The notes: generated from the sequence alone by a model not told the origin. Counted from the first letter of the whole stretch, positions 25,931 to 37,641 are shown. The stretch: DNA of 63,528 nt, filler included, from Octopus bimaculoides (GCF_001194135.2; 6 parts of 6 records of this genome joined end to end with filler, not necessarily neighbours in it), one strand, 5' to 3'. Numbers and translations: made by a program.

Positions 25931-26175
25931 GGCCAGTCCAGGAGCACTGGCAACGATCTCGCTCGAAAATCCCATGACGGCCCCGCACAAAGCCAGTTCA
26001 GGGGCACGGCAACAATCTATTTCTATTTCACTTGCCTCAACAGGTCTTCGCAAGTGAGATTTGATGTCCAATTTTAATTTAACTTGATTTCGATTTCACT
26101 TGCCTCAACAGGTCTTCACAAGTAGAATTTAGTGTCCAGTGAAGGAAGGAAGGAAGGAAGGTACGCATAAGTGGA
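25930..26175 (-). mobile_element. RTE 3' UTR fragment
   Basis: gccagtccaggagcactggcaacgatctcgctcgaaaatcc is shared with 15897-15940; tttcacttgcctcaacaggtcttc repeats are shared with 17470-17610. Confidence 0.75.
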
Positions 26176-26282
26176 NNNNNNNNNNNNNNNNNNNNNNNNN
26201 NNNNNNNNNNNNNNNNNNNTTAATTAATTAANNNNNNNNNNNNNNNNNNNNNNNNNNNNNNNNNNNNNNNNNNNNGATAGAT

Positions 26283-26650
26283 AGATATTTCTAGTGAGCC
26301 CACTTGCTTAGAGAGGCCTTAAGCAACCTCGTAAAGCCAAGAGCTTTATAGACTTGAAACCCTGGGCAACGCTACAGACCGGCCGTATCTATCTTTATCT
26401 ACATATCCTACTGTTCTATATAGCTTAGAGTGTTCTTCTTCGGATTTTGATTTACTGACGATACGTACATATATTGACATAGAACGAAGAAGAATTTTGA
26501 CGAAAAGATATGGCGACAGCTTTATTTACCTCGGTGACTGCTGAGTGATAGAGTGTTAGTTTTTTTGGGGGGGGGAATATTCGTAGTCGAAGTAGTTTTA
26601 GTGGTAGTTGATATAGAGATGGTATTGGTGGATACATAATTGTATTTTAG
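26283..26650. repeat. Locally repeated module B, copy 1
   Basis: Homologous to 31138-31750 (which carries a SINE insertion) and 30443-30597, e.g. gaattttgacgaaaagatatgg and cggtgactgctgagt. Confidence 0.85.
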
Positions 26651-26710
26651 GCAGGGTAAAACTACAGGGTTTTACCCCCTGTAGTTATGCCGTATTTTAT
26701 ATATAATATA

Positions 26711-26913
26711 GGTACTACTAAAGCAGCGCGGACCCGAACGCGCAGTCACGCGTCCGCGCTAGCTAATCGTGAGTGGTCGATCCTAACCCTAACCTTATCC
26801 CTAACCCTATCCCTAACCCGCGTGTGCAAATGAATACGTGTTTAGGGTTAAGGTTAGGATCGAACACTCACGACTAGCTAGCGCGTTCGGGTCCGCGCTG
26901 CTTTAGTAATACC
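26711..26913. mobile_element. 203-bp fold-back MITE with long TIRs, telomere-like repeats and apparent 9-bp TSD
   Basis: Arms ggtactactaaagcagcgcggacccgaacgcg...ctagctaatcgtgagtggtcgatcctaacc and their reverse complement at 26850-26913; tataatata on both sides (26702-26710, 26914-26922). Confidence 0.85.
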
Positions 26914-28081
26914 TATAATATATACATACATGTTATAGGTAATCTTCCAGTTTCGAGAGGTAAAAGAAATAAATAAAAATATTCAAGGGAAATAACTCAA
27001 CGACTTACCAGTATTAATATTTTTTTTTATGATAAGTTTAAAATGTCTTTTTCTTTTTACCACATGTAATAAGTCCGCATGGGACTAGACAGTCGTCGCA
27101 GGTAAACTTATTTCTAATAAGTCGACGACTCGCACACCATTCCAACATTCTGTATCTTGAGCTACCGCTTAAATCACAGATTTTCCATTATTCCTCTAAT
27201 ATAAATTCACGAGTGAGGATATCGTTTTCAGCAACAATAAGATGTTGTGCAGCCGGTCTTCCACGAGGAATTTTCGATTTCTCATAAGAAACTATGATAT
27301 TCAATCACGTGTGAGATTCATATATAAACAGTTAACGTCATTCATATCACGTGATTTATTTATAAACAAACTAGTACGGATAATACTGGTAAGACGTTCA
27401 GTTATTTCCCTTGTATTTTATTTACTTTTTTAACCTCCCGAAACTGGAAGATTACCCATGTTATATATATTATATATACACACACGCACACATGTGTATA
27501 TATATATTTATACATATGTGAATAAAAAATAAAAATAACAAAATATTAAAAAAAAGGTTTTGTATGATCGTGTATAGAGGAATATATTACTTAAAAGAGT
27601 TCCAACTCTGTTTTTTATGTTTTATTCATATTCTTATAAAATTAATGCGGGATATAGAATATGGAATATATAATATNNNNNNNNNNAAATATATAAGGAC
27701 TAATACACTTTCATGCCTCATGGCATTCATCAAGGTCCTGTCTGACAGATGTGCAGCATCTAAGCAGGATTTGTTCAAGAATTTGTGAATGTGTATCTAT
27801 TTTCCTGGAAGTTATGAGGCAACAAAGTCGTGAGGGTGAGGTACATATCTGTAGTTATGGTGGAAGTTTTATCATCCATAGAAAAGAATAGGGAAATATT
27901 TTCCCCAAAATTGTTATTATTTTCAGTTCAATATAATTACTGTATTCTTGAAGAAAATATCTTTTACCAATGCCGTTCTATATTTCCACATTTATACAAT
28001 TACCATGATCAGACAAGTGGAACACAATTCTATTATTTAAATACATTACTACAGCATTAAATCAAACTTCTTTCAACTTAC

Positions 28082-28420
28082 CTTTAGCAGATGTAAACAA
28101 TGAATCAATGTGTTATGCGNNNNNNNNNNNNNNNNNNNNNNNNNNNNNNNNNNNNNNNNNNNNNNNNNNNNNNNNNNNNNNNNNNNNNNNNNNNNNNNNN
28201 NNNNNNNNNNNNNNNNNNNNNNNNNNNNNNNNNNNNNNNNNNNNNNNNNNNNNNNNNNNNNNNNNNNNNNNNATGAGATTGACCAAGGTTTCAATCCTCA
28301 GTGACGTTGAGTTCCTAACAAGCTCAACAATAAAATCGTGAGTGAAGCTGGCTTAATGTCTCCAGCCGCACTTTCGGTCTCAAATATACCGAACTCAATG
28401 GTAACGTTCCCTTGGATATG
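28082..28420 (-). other. Putative non-coding 5' exon/promoter module A, copy 1 (donor AAG|GTAAGT at 28082/28081)
   Basis: Paralogue of 37642-37900 with a consensus donor; exon status is inferred. Confidence 0.5.
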
Positions 28421-28774
28421 TCATAAGGTCACAAGGGGACGTTGAATATTTCAAGAGGTACGAAATATTTCCAACAAATTATTTTAATCTCTAAAATATG
28501 AATAGAACATGGCAGTTTAATAGACGCAAATTCTGACAATAAACCGCTGAGCAAACCTAGCTTCTATTTCGTGAATGAAATGTTTTTCGCTGCTCCTTCC
28601 GATTTTTCTTTTTGACAAACTTAGGTTGGTTGCAAATTTTAGGTGAAAGAATATACTCACCAACAAAAGTTTAATAAGCACTGCTTGGAGATAGAATTCA
28701 GAGTGACACAATATTTCATAAATATTTACGTTTTAGTCTGTCTCAATGTTTATGATCTTTTATTTTCTAGATTT

Positions 28775-28910
28775 CATCATCGTCGTTTAACGTCCGCTTT
28801 CCATGCTAGCATGGGTTGGACGATTTGACTGACTGGAGAAAACAGATGGCTACACCAGGCTCCAATTTGATTTGACAGAGTTTCTACAGCAGGGTGCTCT
28901 TCCTAACGCC
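28775..28910 (-). mobile_element. Short RTE 3' end
   Basis: catcatcgtcgtttaacgtccgctttccatgctagcatgggttgg..., as at 15655 and 17172. Confidence 0.85.
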
Positions 28911-29009
28911 ATATATATAAAAAGAACATGACTTTCCTCCTGGGTGAATACATTTACAATTAGTAAAAACTTTTCCCATGAGAATTATTTACCACTAATA
29001 TAAGAGCAT

Positions 29010-29275
29010 GGAGGCACATAACCTAATGGTTAGAGCAGCGAACTCATGATCAAGAGATTGCAGGTTCGAATCAGAGCAGGTGATGTGTATGTTTATGAGC
29101 AAAACACCTAAGCAGAAGGTAGGGGCAAACTTCTGCAGACTCTCTCACCACAACTTTCTCTGACTCCTTCCTCCTGCAACTAGCAGCTCACCTGTAACAG
29201 ACTGGCATCCTGTCTAAGTGGGGAAACTATACGCCAATGAAACCAAGCATGGCTCAAGAAGGAACAAACAACAAC
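29010..29275 (+). mobile_element. SINE family C with 13-bp TSD
   Basis: A-box-like taacctaatgg and B box ggttcgaatc; TSD aatataagagcat (28997-29009) / aatataacagcat (29276-29288). Confidence 0.85.
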
Positions 29276-29884
29276 AATATAACAGCATCATGGTTTTTAT
29301 TTTGTAAAAATGTTTCAGATCAGTTGAGTTATTTCTATCCATACGAGAATGACTTACCACTGATATTGGAGTGAAATGGTTTCTTGCCTGTACAATCATA
29401 CCTGTGAGTAGTTAACAAAAAGGAAAAAAGCTTTACTTTATGTCTTAAACAAGTCTTATGTATGGTTTGCTTTAGGGAAAATGGTTTTTNNNNNNNNNNN
29501 NNNNNNNNNNNNNNNNNNNNNNNNNNNNNNNNNNNNNNNNNNNNNNNNNNNNNNNNNNNNNNNNNNNNNNNNNNNNNNNNNNNNNNNNNATATCTTTAAT
29601 GTCAATGTCTCAGATAGCCTGAAATGAGAGAGAAATAGTTTAAGGTATTAAAAATGCAGAGATTCAATAGTGGAAGTTTATAATTCTATATTGATAAACC
29701 ATAAACGTTTACCCCCAACAAATAAACTTTACATTTTGCTTTACTATTTAAATTACATCTGAAAGCGATACCTTTCCCTATTCTTATATATTCTCGTTCC
29801 AATATAACTACCTACATCCAAGTAAAGCAATTCTATTATTTATATACAGTATTACAGCGTTAAAACAATCGTGTATCAGCTTAC

Positions 29885-30100
29885 CATTTTCAGATGTAAA
29901 CAGTGAATCAACGTGTCATATGTTATCCCCAAACTAAATAATGATTTGTCAACTTTATTCTACGCCAACATTCAAATTGTTCTGGATTTCTTCAACAATA
30001 AAATTTCACTTTATCCCAATGAACGCGTGAAGCTGACTTTATGTCACCAGCCGCATTTTCGGTGTCGAATATTATAATGGTAACGTCTCCTTGGAGAGTT
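29885..30100 (-). other. Putative non-coding 5' exon/promoter module A, diverged copy 3 (donor ATG|GTAAGC at 29885/29884)
   Basis: Retains aattctattattta, cagatgtaaaca.tgaatcaa.gtgt, cagccgca.tttcggt and atggtaacgt blocks in the same order as the other two copies. Confidence 0.5.
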
Positions 30101-30442
30101 GCAATATTTGGTGCTGAGTGTTTCTGGTGAAATGTAATTTTTCATCGCGATAAAATATTTAGACTTCATGCGATACTTACACTTTAAAAACATTTGAAAG
30201 AAAATTAAAAGATCACCAATTTATTTTTTAGAATTTGATAGTATATTGTGAGTTAGAAAACGCGGTAATTATTTCATCAAATGATATAATAATTACTGTT
30301 TTTCCGTCTCTCCCCTCAAATATGATAGCCAAACCTTGGGTGGATGCTATATTTTGGCGAAAGAAGATGCTTATCAACAAAAATTCGATAATCACCGCTT
30401 TGGCGTGTTATAATCATTCCCAGATATATATATATATATATA

Positions 30443-30597
30443 GGAACGGAGAATTTTGACGAAAAGATATGGCGACAACATTACTTACCTCGGTGACTGC
30501 TGAGTGATATAGTGTGTTTTTGGGGGGGTAAAATTTGTAGTAGTTCTAGTGGTAGTTGATGAAGAGATGGTGGTGACGTATACATAATTGTATTATA
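30443..30597. repeat. Module B, copy 2
   Basis: Homology to 26480-26645; carries minus-strand GAG|GTAAGT at 30489/30488. Confidence 0.8.
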
Positions 30598-31046
30598 TAT
30601 ATATATATATANNNNNNNNNNNNNNNNNNNNNNNNNNNNNNNNNNNNNNNNNNNNNNNNNNNNNNNNNNNNNNNNNNNNNNNNNNNNNNNNNNNNNNNNN
30701 NNNNNNNNNNNNNNNNNNNNNNNNNNNNNNNNNNNNNNNNNNNNNNNNNNNNNNNNNNNNNNNNNNNNNNNNNNNNNNNNNNNNNNNNNNNNNNNNNNNN
30801 NNNNNNNNNNNNNNNNNNNNNNNNNNNNNNNNNNNNNNNNNNNNNNNNNNNNNNNNNNNNNNNNNNNNNNNNNNNNNNNNNNNNNNNNNNNNNNNNNNNN
30901 NNNNNNNNNNNNNNNNNNNNNNNNNNNNNNNNNNNNNNNNNNNATATATATATATATATACATACATGTTATATATATATATATATATATATACATACAT
31001 GTTATATATATTATATATACACAAACACGTGTGTGTATGTATGTGC

Positions 31047-31087
<41 letters not shown>

Positions 31088-31137
31088 AATAATGAGTATA
31101 TGCATATATACGTACATGTATGTACATACATCTACCT

Positions 31138-31750
31138 AGATTTTCTAGTGAGTCCACTTGCTTAGAGCGGTCTTAGGCTAACGCGTTTAGTGCCTGAAGA
31201 AACTTCATAAAGCCAAGCGCTTTATAGACGTGAAACCCTGGGCAACCCTACAGACGGGCCGTATCTATCTTTATTTTCTATCCTACTGTTCTATCGGATT
31301 TTGATTTACTGACTATACGTACATATATTGACACTGAGTAAAGAGACATGCAAGTGAAACGAAGAAGAATTTTGACGAAAAGATATGGTGACTGCTGAGT
31401 TATAGAGTGTGTGTGGTTGGTAATATTTGTAGTAGTAGTAGTAGTCGTCGTAGTTGGAGATAAGGCGCCGAGCTGGCAGAAACGTTAGCATGCCGGGTGA
31501 AATGCTTTGCGGTATTTCGTCTGCCGTTACTGTTCTGAGTTCAAATTCCGCTGGGGTCGACTTTGCCTTTTATCCTTTCGGTGTCGATAAATTAAGTACC
31601 AGTTACGCTCTGGGGTCGATGTAGTCGACTTAATCCCTTTGTCTGTCCTTGTTTGTCCCCTCTATGTTTAGCCCCTTGTGGGTAATAAAGAAATAAGTAG
31701 TAGTTTTAATAATAGTAGTTGATGTAGAGATGGATACATAATTGTATTAT
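31138..31750. repeat. Module B, copy 3, interrupted by a SINE
   Basis: Homology to 26283-26650; the donor-containing segment is deleted in this copy. Confidence 0.85.
31462..31695 (+). mobile_element. Near-complete tRNA-derived SINE, family A
   Basis: aaggcgccgagctggcagaaacgttagc...gagttcaaattccg..ggggtcgactttgccttttatcctttcgg.gtcgataaattaagtaccag...aataaagaaata. Confidence 0.9.
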
Positions 31751-31989
31751 ATATATTACACACACACACACACATATAATACTTTGTATTATATTATACT
31801 CATTTATTGTGCTTTTAATTATTTTTTCTATATGTGACAGTGGATTTTCATTGATGAGTTCATGAACCTTGGTTCTTTTCCCTAAAACTATATATTTATA
31901 TATATTCTATACTGTGAAACTTAATTTAATTTTAATTTTTAATAAATGGATTTTAATTGAGTTTTTACCTGTAATTTTGGATTTTATCC

Positions 31990-32025
<36 letters not shown>

Positions 32026-32483
32026 TAGATAGATATATCCACTCTTGTCTGTAAAATAAAGTGTCCCAAATATAACTTTAACAGTAGAAGTACTTAGAAA
32101 GAGAAATAGACGAATCACTAAGTTTATGAATAACTACCTTTGGGAGTTTATTAGTTAAGTGACTCAACTATTTAGGGAATCCTGCTGTCAGACATAGTAA
32201 AATTTAAGCATAATCTAAGGCAATTGGTCCGGTACAATAGCTTTTGATCGTACTTTTACTAATAATAACTACAATTGATAATATGTAGGTATAGTTTTTA
32301 TATATGTAGAAGTTTCAATGAGAATTCGGAGACTGTACTCTGGACGTAATCTTAGCGTTTAACGACATGAAGATGCATACGAGTATATATATAATACAAT
32401 TATGTATCCACCACCACCATCTTTACATCAACTATAACCACTACTACAAATATTACCCCACCCCACCACACACACACTCTATA

Positions 32484-32520
<37 letters not shown>

Positions 32521-32596
32521 GCATGTGCGACCGTTTCACAGGCATGCCTTATATATGTGCTTGTCTTTTGTTTTCTGTACATTTGAACGACACACA

Positions 32597-32803
32597 CGCG
32601 TCGCCAGCACCACCTCACTGGCCCTTGTGCACTTAAAAGCACCCACTACACTCTCGGAGTGGTTGGCGTTAGGAAGGGCATCCAGCTCTGCCAAATCAGA
32701 TTGGAGCCTGGTGTCGCCTCCTGGTCCACAGTCCTCAGTCAAATCGTCCAACCCATGCTAGCATGGAAAGCAGATGTTAAACGACGATGATGATGATGAT
32801 GAT
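32597..32803 (+). mobile_element. RTE 3' end with (GAT)n tail
   Basis: Reverse complement of the 15655/17172 ends. Confidence 0.85.
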
Positions 32804-34239
32804 ATATATATATATATCATATTAATTAATAGTAGGAGATGGATTTCGTATTAGATTTTTATTAAGTCCAACATATGTTTCAACGCAGCTGTCTGGGTCT
32901 TTTCAGGTACATTGACAAAGAAATCTCACTAGAGATTTTATGAGTTGGCTGGCTTGTTGTTATATGCCCGTCTAGTTTCAGAATGAATAAAAACAAAAAA
33001 TTTTATAGAAACGCAAAAAATTCAAATATGAACGTGGAATTAGTGGGAAAATGAGTAACTTCTGATTTCTTATTACTTTTTCCTTAACTGTTTGAAATCA
33101 TTACATTGTAAGTATTGCATCGTCTTTAGGAGTAAAAATTGGTCTGCATAGTTAAGAGAAAGTGAAAAACTAAATAAATGGGTCTAAGGAGGGAGAGTGG
33201 AAGCACAAAATGGAGGGATTGCAATATGTTCAGTTTTAATATCACATAATCACAAGGGCAGTGGAGAGGTGGGCATTACAATATGAATTGTGGGGAAGAG
33301 ACAAGTCAGGGACAGAGACATTAACAATATGCTTTTAGGTCCTCATTTGAGCATAAATGTCTTTTAGATATACATATGTATTAGATGTATTTATAAATAT
33401 GTTATATATAAGCCTTAGATAGTGTGTATGTATTATAATATTCATATAGACATAGTTCTATAAACACATAAATGTTAAGTGCAACAAGCAGAGGATACCA
33501 AATGTAACAGTATAATTGTAAGTGGTTAATTATGGCAGATTGAGAAGTGGTACCAGTAATTATTTCTGAATGTCTTTGAAAGAAATTTACACAAGACGAT
33601 TTATATTCATTATAGATTTTATTCCATCATCAAGAAGTTTTTCACAATTGCTATGAATTGGAAGTAAATACAAATGCTGACTGTGTAGGTTGCTATTAAT
33701 TTGATGGGAAGCTTGCAGGTCTAATAAAATAAAATACCAGTTAAGAATTGGGGTTAATGGTACAGACTGACTACCTTACATCAAAATTCCTGTCCTTTTG
33801 CTTAAGTCAAATTTTCTTTTGTTTGTTTTTAGCTTGTGCCAGAATTTATAACTTTACAATGTTTTGTATTATAATAAAATGGGGTGAAAATAAAGAAAGA
33901 TAAAATGTGGCATTCAAAGTTCATCAATGTTGGTGTCTTTTGTTGAATATTTTTTAACTGTCTATGAATGGCCTCCAAAGGAGAGAAAAAGAAATTCACT
34001 CTCCAAGTTGCCAAATAAAGAGAATGTTTTCTTCTACAAATATCCCACTACACTGCCATGCTGAAGTTGATCTAGGTCAATATCAATGGAATTGAATGAG
34101 ATGTCTTGATTGGACCTTGTCTCACCTAGGATGGTGGAGAATTTGACATGTAACATTAATAAATTCTATGAGCAGATTCTAAGACCAACGGACAGAAACA
34201 TGAAGAGTGAGGTTTCAATTCTTGGTAATAAATAGATTA

Positions 34240-34400
34240 TCTTTTACTTGCTTCAGTCATTAGACAGCAGCCTTGAAGGGTTTAGTCAAACAAATTATCT
34301 CAGGTACATATTTTTAAAGTCTGCTACTTATTCTGTGTACCTCTTTTACCAAACTACTAGGTCACAGTGATGTAAAGAAGCCAGCACCAGCCATCATGAT
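34240..34400 (-). mobile_element. SINE family D, old copy
   Basis: cttttacttgcttcagtcattagac.gc.gcc.tgaagggtttagtc, shared with 42750-42920 and the reverse complement of 52215-52370. Confidence 0.6.
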
Positions 34401-34769
34401 GGAAGGTGAGGTGGGTCAAGAATGAACAGAAAAACACCTCTTACACATAGTATACATATGCACGAACACATATATTCACAGACAATCCTTCATGAACAAA
34501 CATTTACACAAATGTGTAAATAAATAGTACATATCAACATTTAACGTCTGTGACCTGTAATTGCATCAGTTGAAAATCTATTATTCTCAAGAATGTCGTT
34601 TATTATGCAAATCTACAGGATTCCTTACTCAGGAATTGAAGTTACTCTCACATCATAAACTATTACATTTAACACTTAATCCATGCTTATATTCTCTGCA
34701 CCAAAGATGACAAAATAGTATACAATGACATTTTTCTCTCCATAAAAACATCTTTTATCACTGTTACAT

Positions 34770-34917
34770 AAGCCATGGTCATTTATCACTTTGATACAGT
34801 CTCTCTGTTGTATGAATGTGTCTCTTATGTATCGTTAAATAACTTGTTCAAGAGAATGATTTACCAAAGATACTAGTGATATGGTTTTTTACTTTGAATT
34901 AATTACACACACATATC
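34770..34917 (-). pseudogene. Decayed zinc-finger repeats after the ZNF-A stop codon
   Basis: Minus translation KKPYH / SIFGKSFS*TSYLTIHKRHIHTTERLYQSDK*. Confidence 0.8.
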
Positions 34918-36294
34918 TCAGAGATATGGTTTTTCCCCTGTATGAATACGTTTGTGAAATTTTAATGTGCTTCCATAGGTGAATGATTTATCACAGATAT
35001 TACAGTGATATGGTCTTTCCCCTGTATGAGTACGTCTGTGAACTGTTAATTGACTTCCAACAGGGAATGATTTACCACAGGTATCACAGCGATATGGTTT
35101 CTCTCTTGTATGACTGCGTCGCGTGTGTATTGTTAACTGACTTGTTTGGCTAAATGTCTTACTACAGATAACACAACAGTGTGGTTTTTCCCCTGAATGA
35201 ATACGTTTATGAACAGTTAATGTACTTCCAGAAGAGAATAATTTACCACAGATATCACAGTCATATGGTTTTCCTCCTGAATGAGTACGCTTGTGGACAG
35301 TTAAAGCACTTGCATAAGAGAATGATTTACTACAGATATCACAGTGATATGGTTTTTCCCCTGTATGAATACGTTTGTGAACAGTTAATGCACTTCCATC
35401 AGCAAATGATTTACCACAGATATTACAGTGATATGGTTTCTCTTTTGTATGAATGTATCTATTGTGTATTGTTAACTGGCTTGTCCGAGAGAATGATTTA
35501 CCACAAATATCACAGCGATATGGTTTTTCCCCTGTGTGAATACGTCTGTGGATAGTTAATTTACTCCTATGAAGAAATGATTTACCACAGATATCACAAT
35601 GATATGGTTTTTCGTCTCCATGAATACGTTTGTGAACAGTTAAATTACTTCTATCAGTGAATGATTTACTACAAATATTACAGTGATATGGCTTCTCTCT
35701 TGCATGAATACGTTTATGAGAAGTTACTGCACTTCCATTAGTAAACGACCTACCGCAAACATCACAGTGATATGGTTTCTCTCCAGTATGAATACGTTTG
35801 TGAGAATTTAAATGAACCTTTTGAAAGAATGATTTTCCACAGATATCGCAGTGATATGATTTTTTGCCAGTATGAATGTATTTGTGTTTAGCTAAATTAC
35901 CCCTTTCAGAGAAAGATTCCCCACAAATGTTACACTGATATGGTTTCTCACCTGTATGAATACGTACATGGCGAGTTAGGCCATTAGCACGAGAGAATGA
36001 TTTACCACAGACATCACAGTGATGTGGTTTTTCACCTGTATGAGTACATAAGTGATCAACTAAATAACTTCTGTAAGGGAATAATTTACCACAGATATTA
36101 CATTCATGTGACTTTTTTCTGGAATGAATGCGTTTGTGCTTAGTTAAAGTATGTTTTTCAGAGAATGATTTACCACAAATATCACATTCATATAATTTCT
36201 CTTCTGTATGCATATGCTTTTGAGTAGCAAGGGTACATTTTAAAGAGAACGATGATTCTTCTGCTCCCTTTGGCAATTCTTCAGAAAAATTCAT
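34918..36294 (-). CDS. ZNF-A: C2H2 zinc-finger array protein, 458 aa, 15 fingers
   Basis: Intact ORF with 15 CX2C-X12-HX3/4H repeats and TGEKPY-type linkers; acceptor ttacAG at 36300-36299 lies 4 nt before the ATG; candidate AATAAA at 34604-34599. Confidence 0.95.
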   Translation of the reverse strand: MNFSEELPKGAEESSFSLKCTLATQKHMHTEEKLYECDICGKSFSEKHTLTKHKRIHSRKKSHECNICGKLFPYRSYLVDHLCTHTGEKPHHCDVCGKSFSRANGLTRHVRIHTGEKPYQCNICGESFSERGNLAKHKYIHTGKKSYHCDICGKSFFQKVHLNSHKRIHTGEKPYHCDVCGRSFTNGSAVTSHKRIHAREKPYHCNICSKSFTDRSNLTVHKRIHGDEKPYHCDICGKSFLHRSKLTIHRRIHTGEKPYRCDICGKSFSRTSQLTIHNRYIHTKEKPYHCNICGKSFADGSALTVHKRIHTGEKPYHCDICSKSFSYASALTVHKRTHSGGKPYDCDICGKLFSSGSTLTVHKRIHSGEKPHCCVICSKTFSQTSQLTIHTRRSHTREKPYRCDTCGKSFPVGSQLTVHRRTHTGERPYHCNICDKSFTYGSTLKFHKRIHTGEKPYL

Positions 36295-37641
36295 ACTTCT
36301 GTAAGGATATTTTTACCACTTTTTATATATNNNNNNNNNNNNNNNNNNNNNNNNNNNNNNNNNNNNNNNNNNNNNNNNNNNNNNNNNNNNNNNNNNNNNN
36401 NNNNNNNNNNNNNNNNNNNNNNNNNNNNNNNNNNNNNNNNNNNNNNNNNNNNNNNNNNNNNNNNNNNNNNNNNNNNNNNNNNNNNNNNNNNNNNNNNNNN
36501 NNNNNNNNNNNNNNNNNNNNNNNNNNNNNNNNNNNNATGACACAGATTATAAAGAAATTTGAGGGAAAATTTTTTCCAAGATGGGGAAAGGGGCTTTAGA
36601 TCAAGAAGACCACTTAAGTCGAACTTTCCTTGTTTTGACAGGGATTTTTCCAATTTCTTTTCACAATAACCTTGGAAATGATAGGTGGAGAAGAGTATCT
36701 TTTTATGGAAAAAGTTTTGAAAATTAATTTTTTTTACACCTCCCCTCTCTCACCATCACACTCCAGACCGATTTTGGCCAATTTTCTTTGGCACTTAAAA
36801 ACCACGGTAAAAAAAAAATTGTAAATATTTTCAGAGGAAAAAGTGTGATCTTAGTGAGATTTGGCTGTTGTTTCTAGCACATCCCAAGACAACCCTCCTC
36901 GTTTCTTTCTCACTCTTGCATGTATTGATGTTTCTCAATATTTTTCTCCCCATGAACAATTTATGCTATAAAATTAAGTTGAAAATGTATGATTTTTTTT
37001 CAAAACCACTCCCCGACCCAATTCTTTCTGTTTATAATTGAACATATCGGAGGGACTGGGGTCACTGCTGGCATTTATCAAGTCATTTAAAATAAATAAA
37101 AAAGAAGAGGTATGTAAAAGATGATTCATTTTAATAGAATACTTTTCTGTTAGAAAATGTTTAGTCTTACACACATGACTTCGCTTGATTGAGATATTGC
37201 CTTTTTTTAAAAATTATATCCTATCAGTGGACCACGGCGTATTTCTTCGACATCATCATTCCAAAAAATGTGTTTTATGGGAGAAAAATATTGCAAATAA
37301 ACATCAATATACGTGAGAGTGAAAACAAGGAGTGGTCTTGGAAACAACAGCCAAATCAAGAATTCGTGAAAAAGTATCTATTTTTCTGGAAGTTATGAGG
37401 CAACAAAGTCGTGAGGGTGAGGTACATATCTGTAGCTATGGTGGAAGTTTTATCATCCATAGAAAAGAATAGGGAAATATTTTCAGTTCAATATAATTAC
37501 TGTATTCTTGAAGAAAATATCTTTTACCAATGCCGTTATATATTTCCACATTTATACAATTACCATGATCAGACAAGTGGAACACAATTCTATTATTTAA
37601 ATACATTACTACAGCATGAAATCAAACTTCTTTAAACTTAC

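Larger units (their letters stand above)
27776..29489 (-). repeat. Segmental duplicate of the ZNF-B downstream flank to ZNF-A upstream region
   Basis: 27776-28774 aligns to 37355-38241; 28912-29409 to 39473-39968; 29410-29489 to about 40065-40137. Roughly 90-95% identity by eye. Confidence 0.92.

Noticed and set aside
29010-29075. tRNA-like A/B boxes here and at 39567, 47078 and 48520
   Set aside because: SINE heads; no cloverleaf or acceptor stem, so not tRNA genes.
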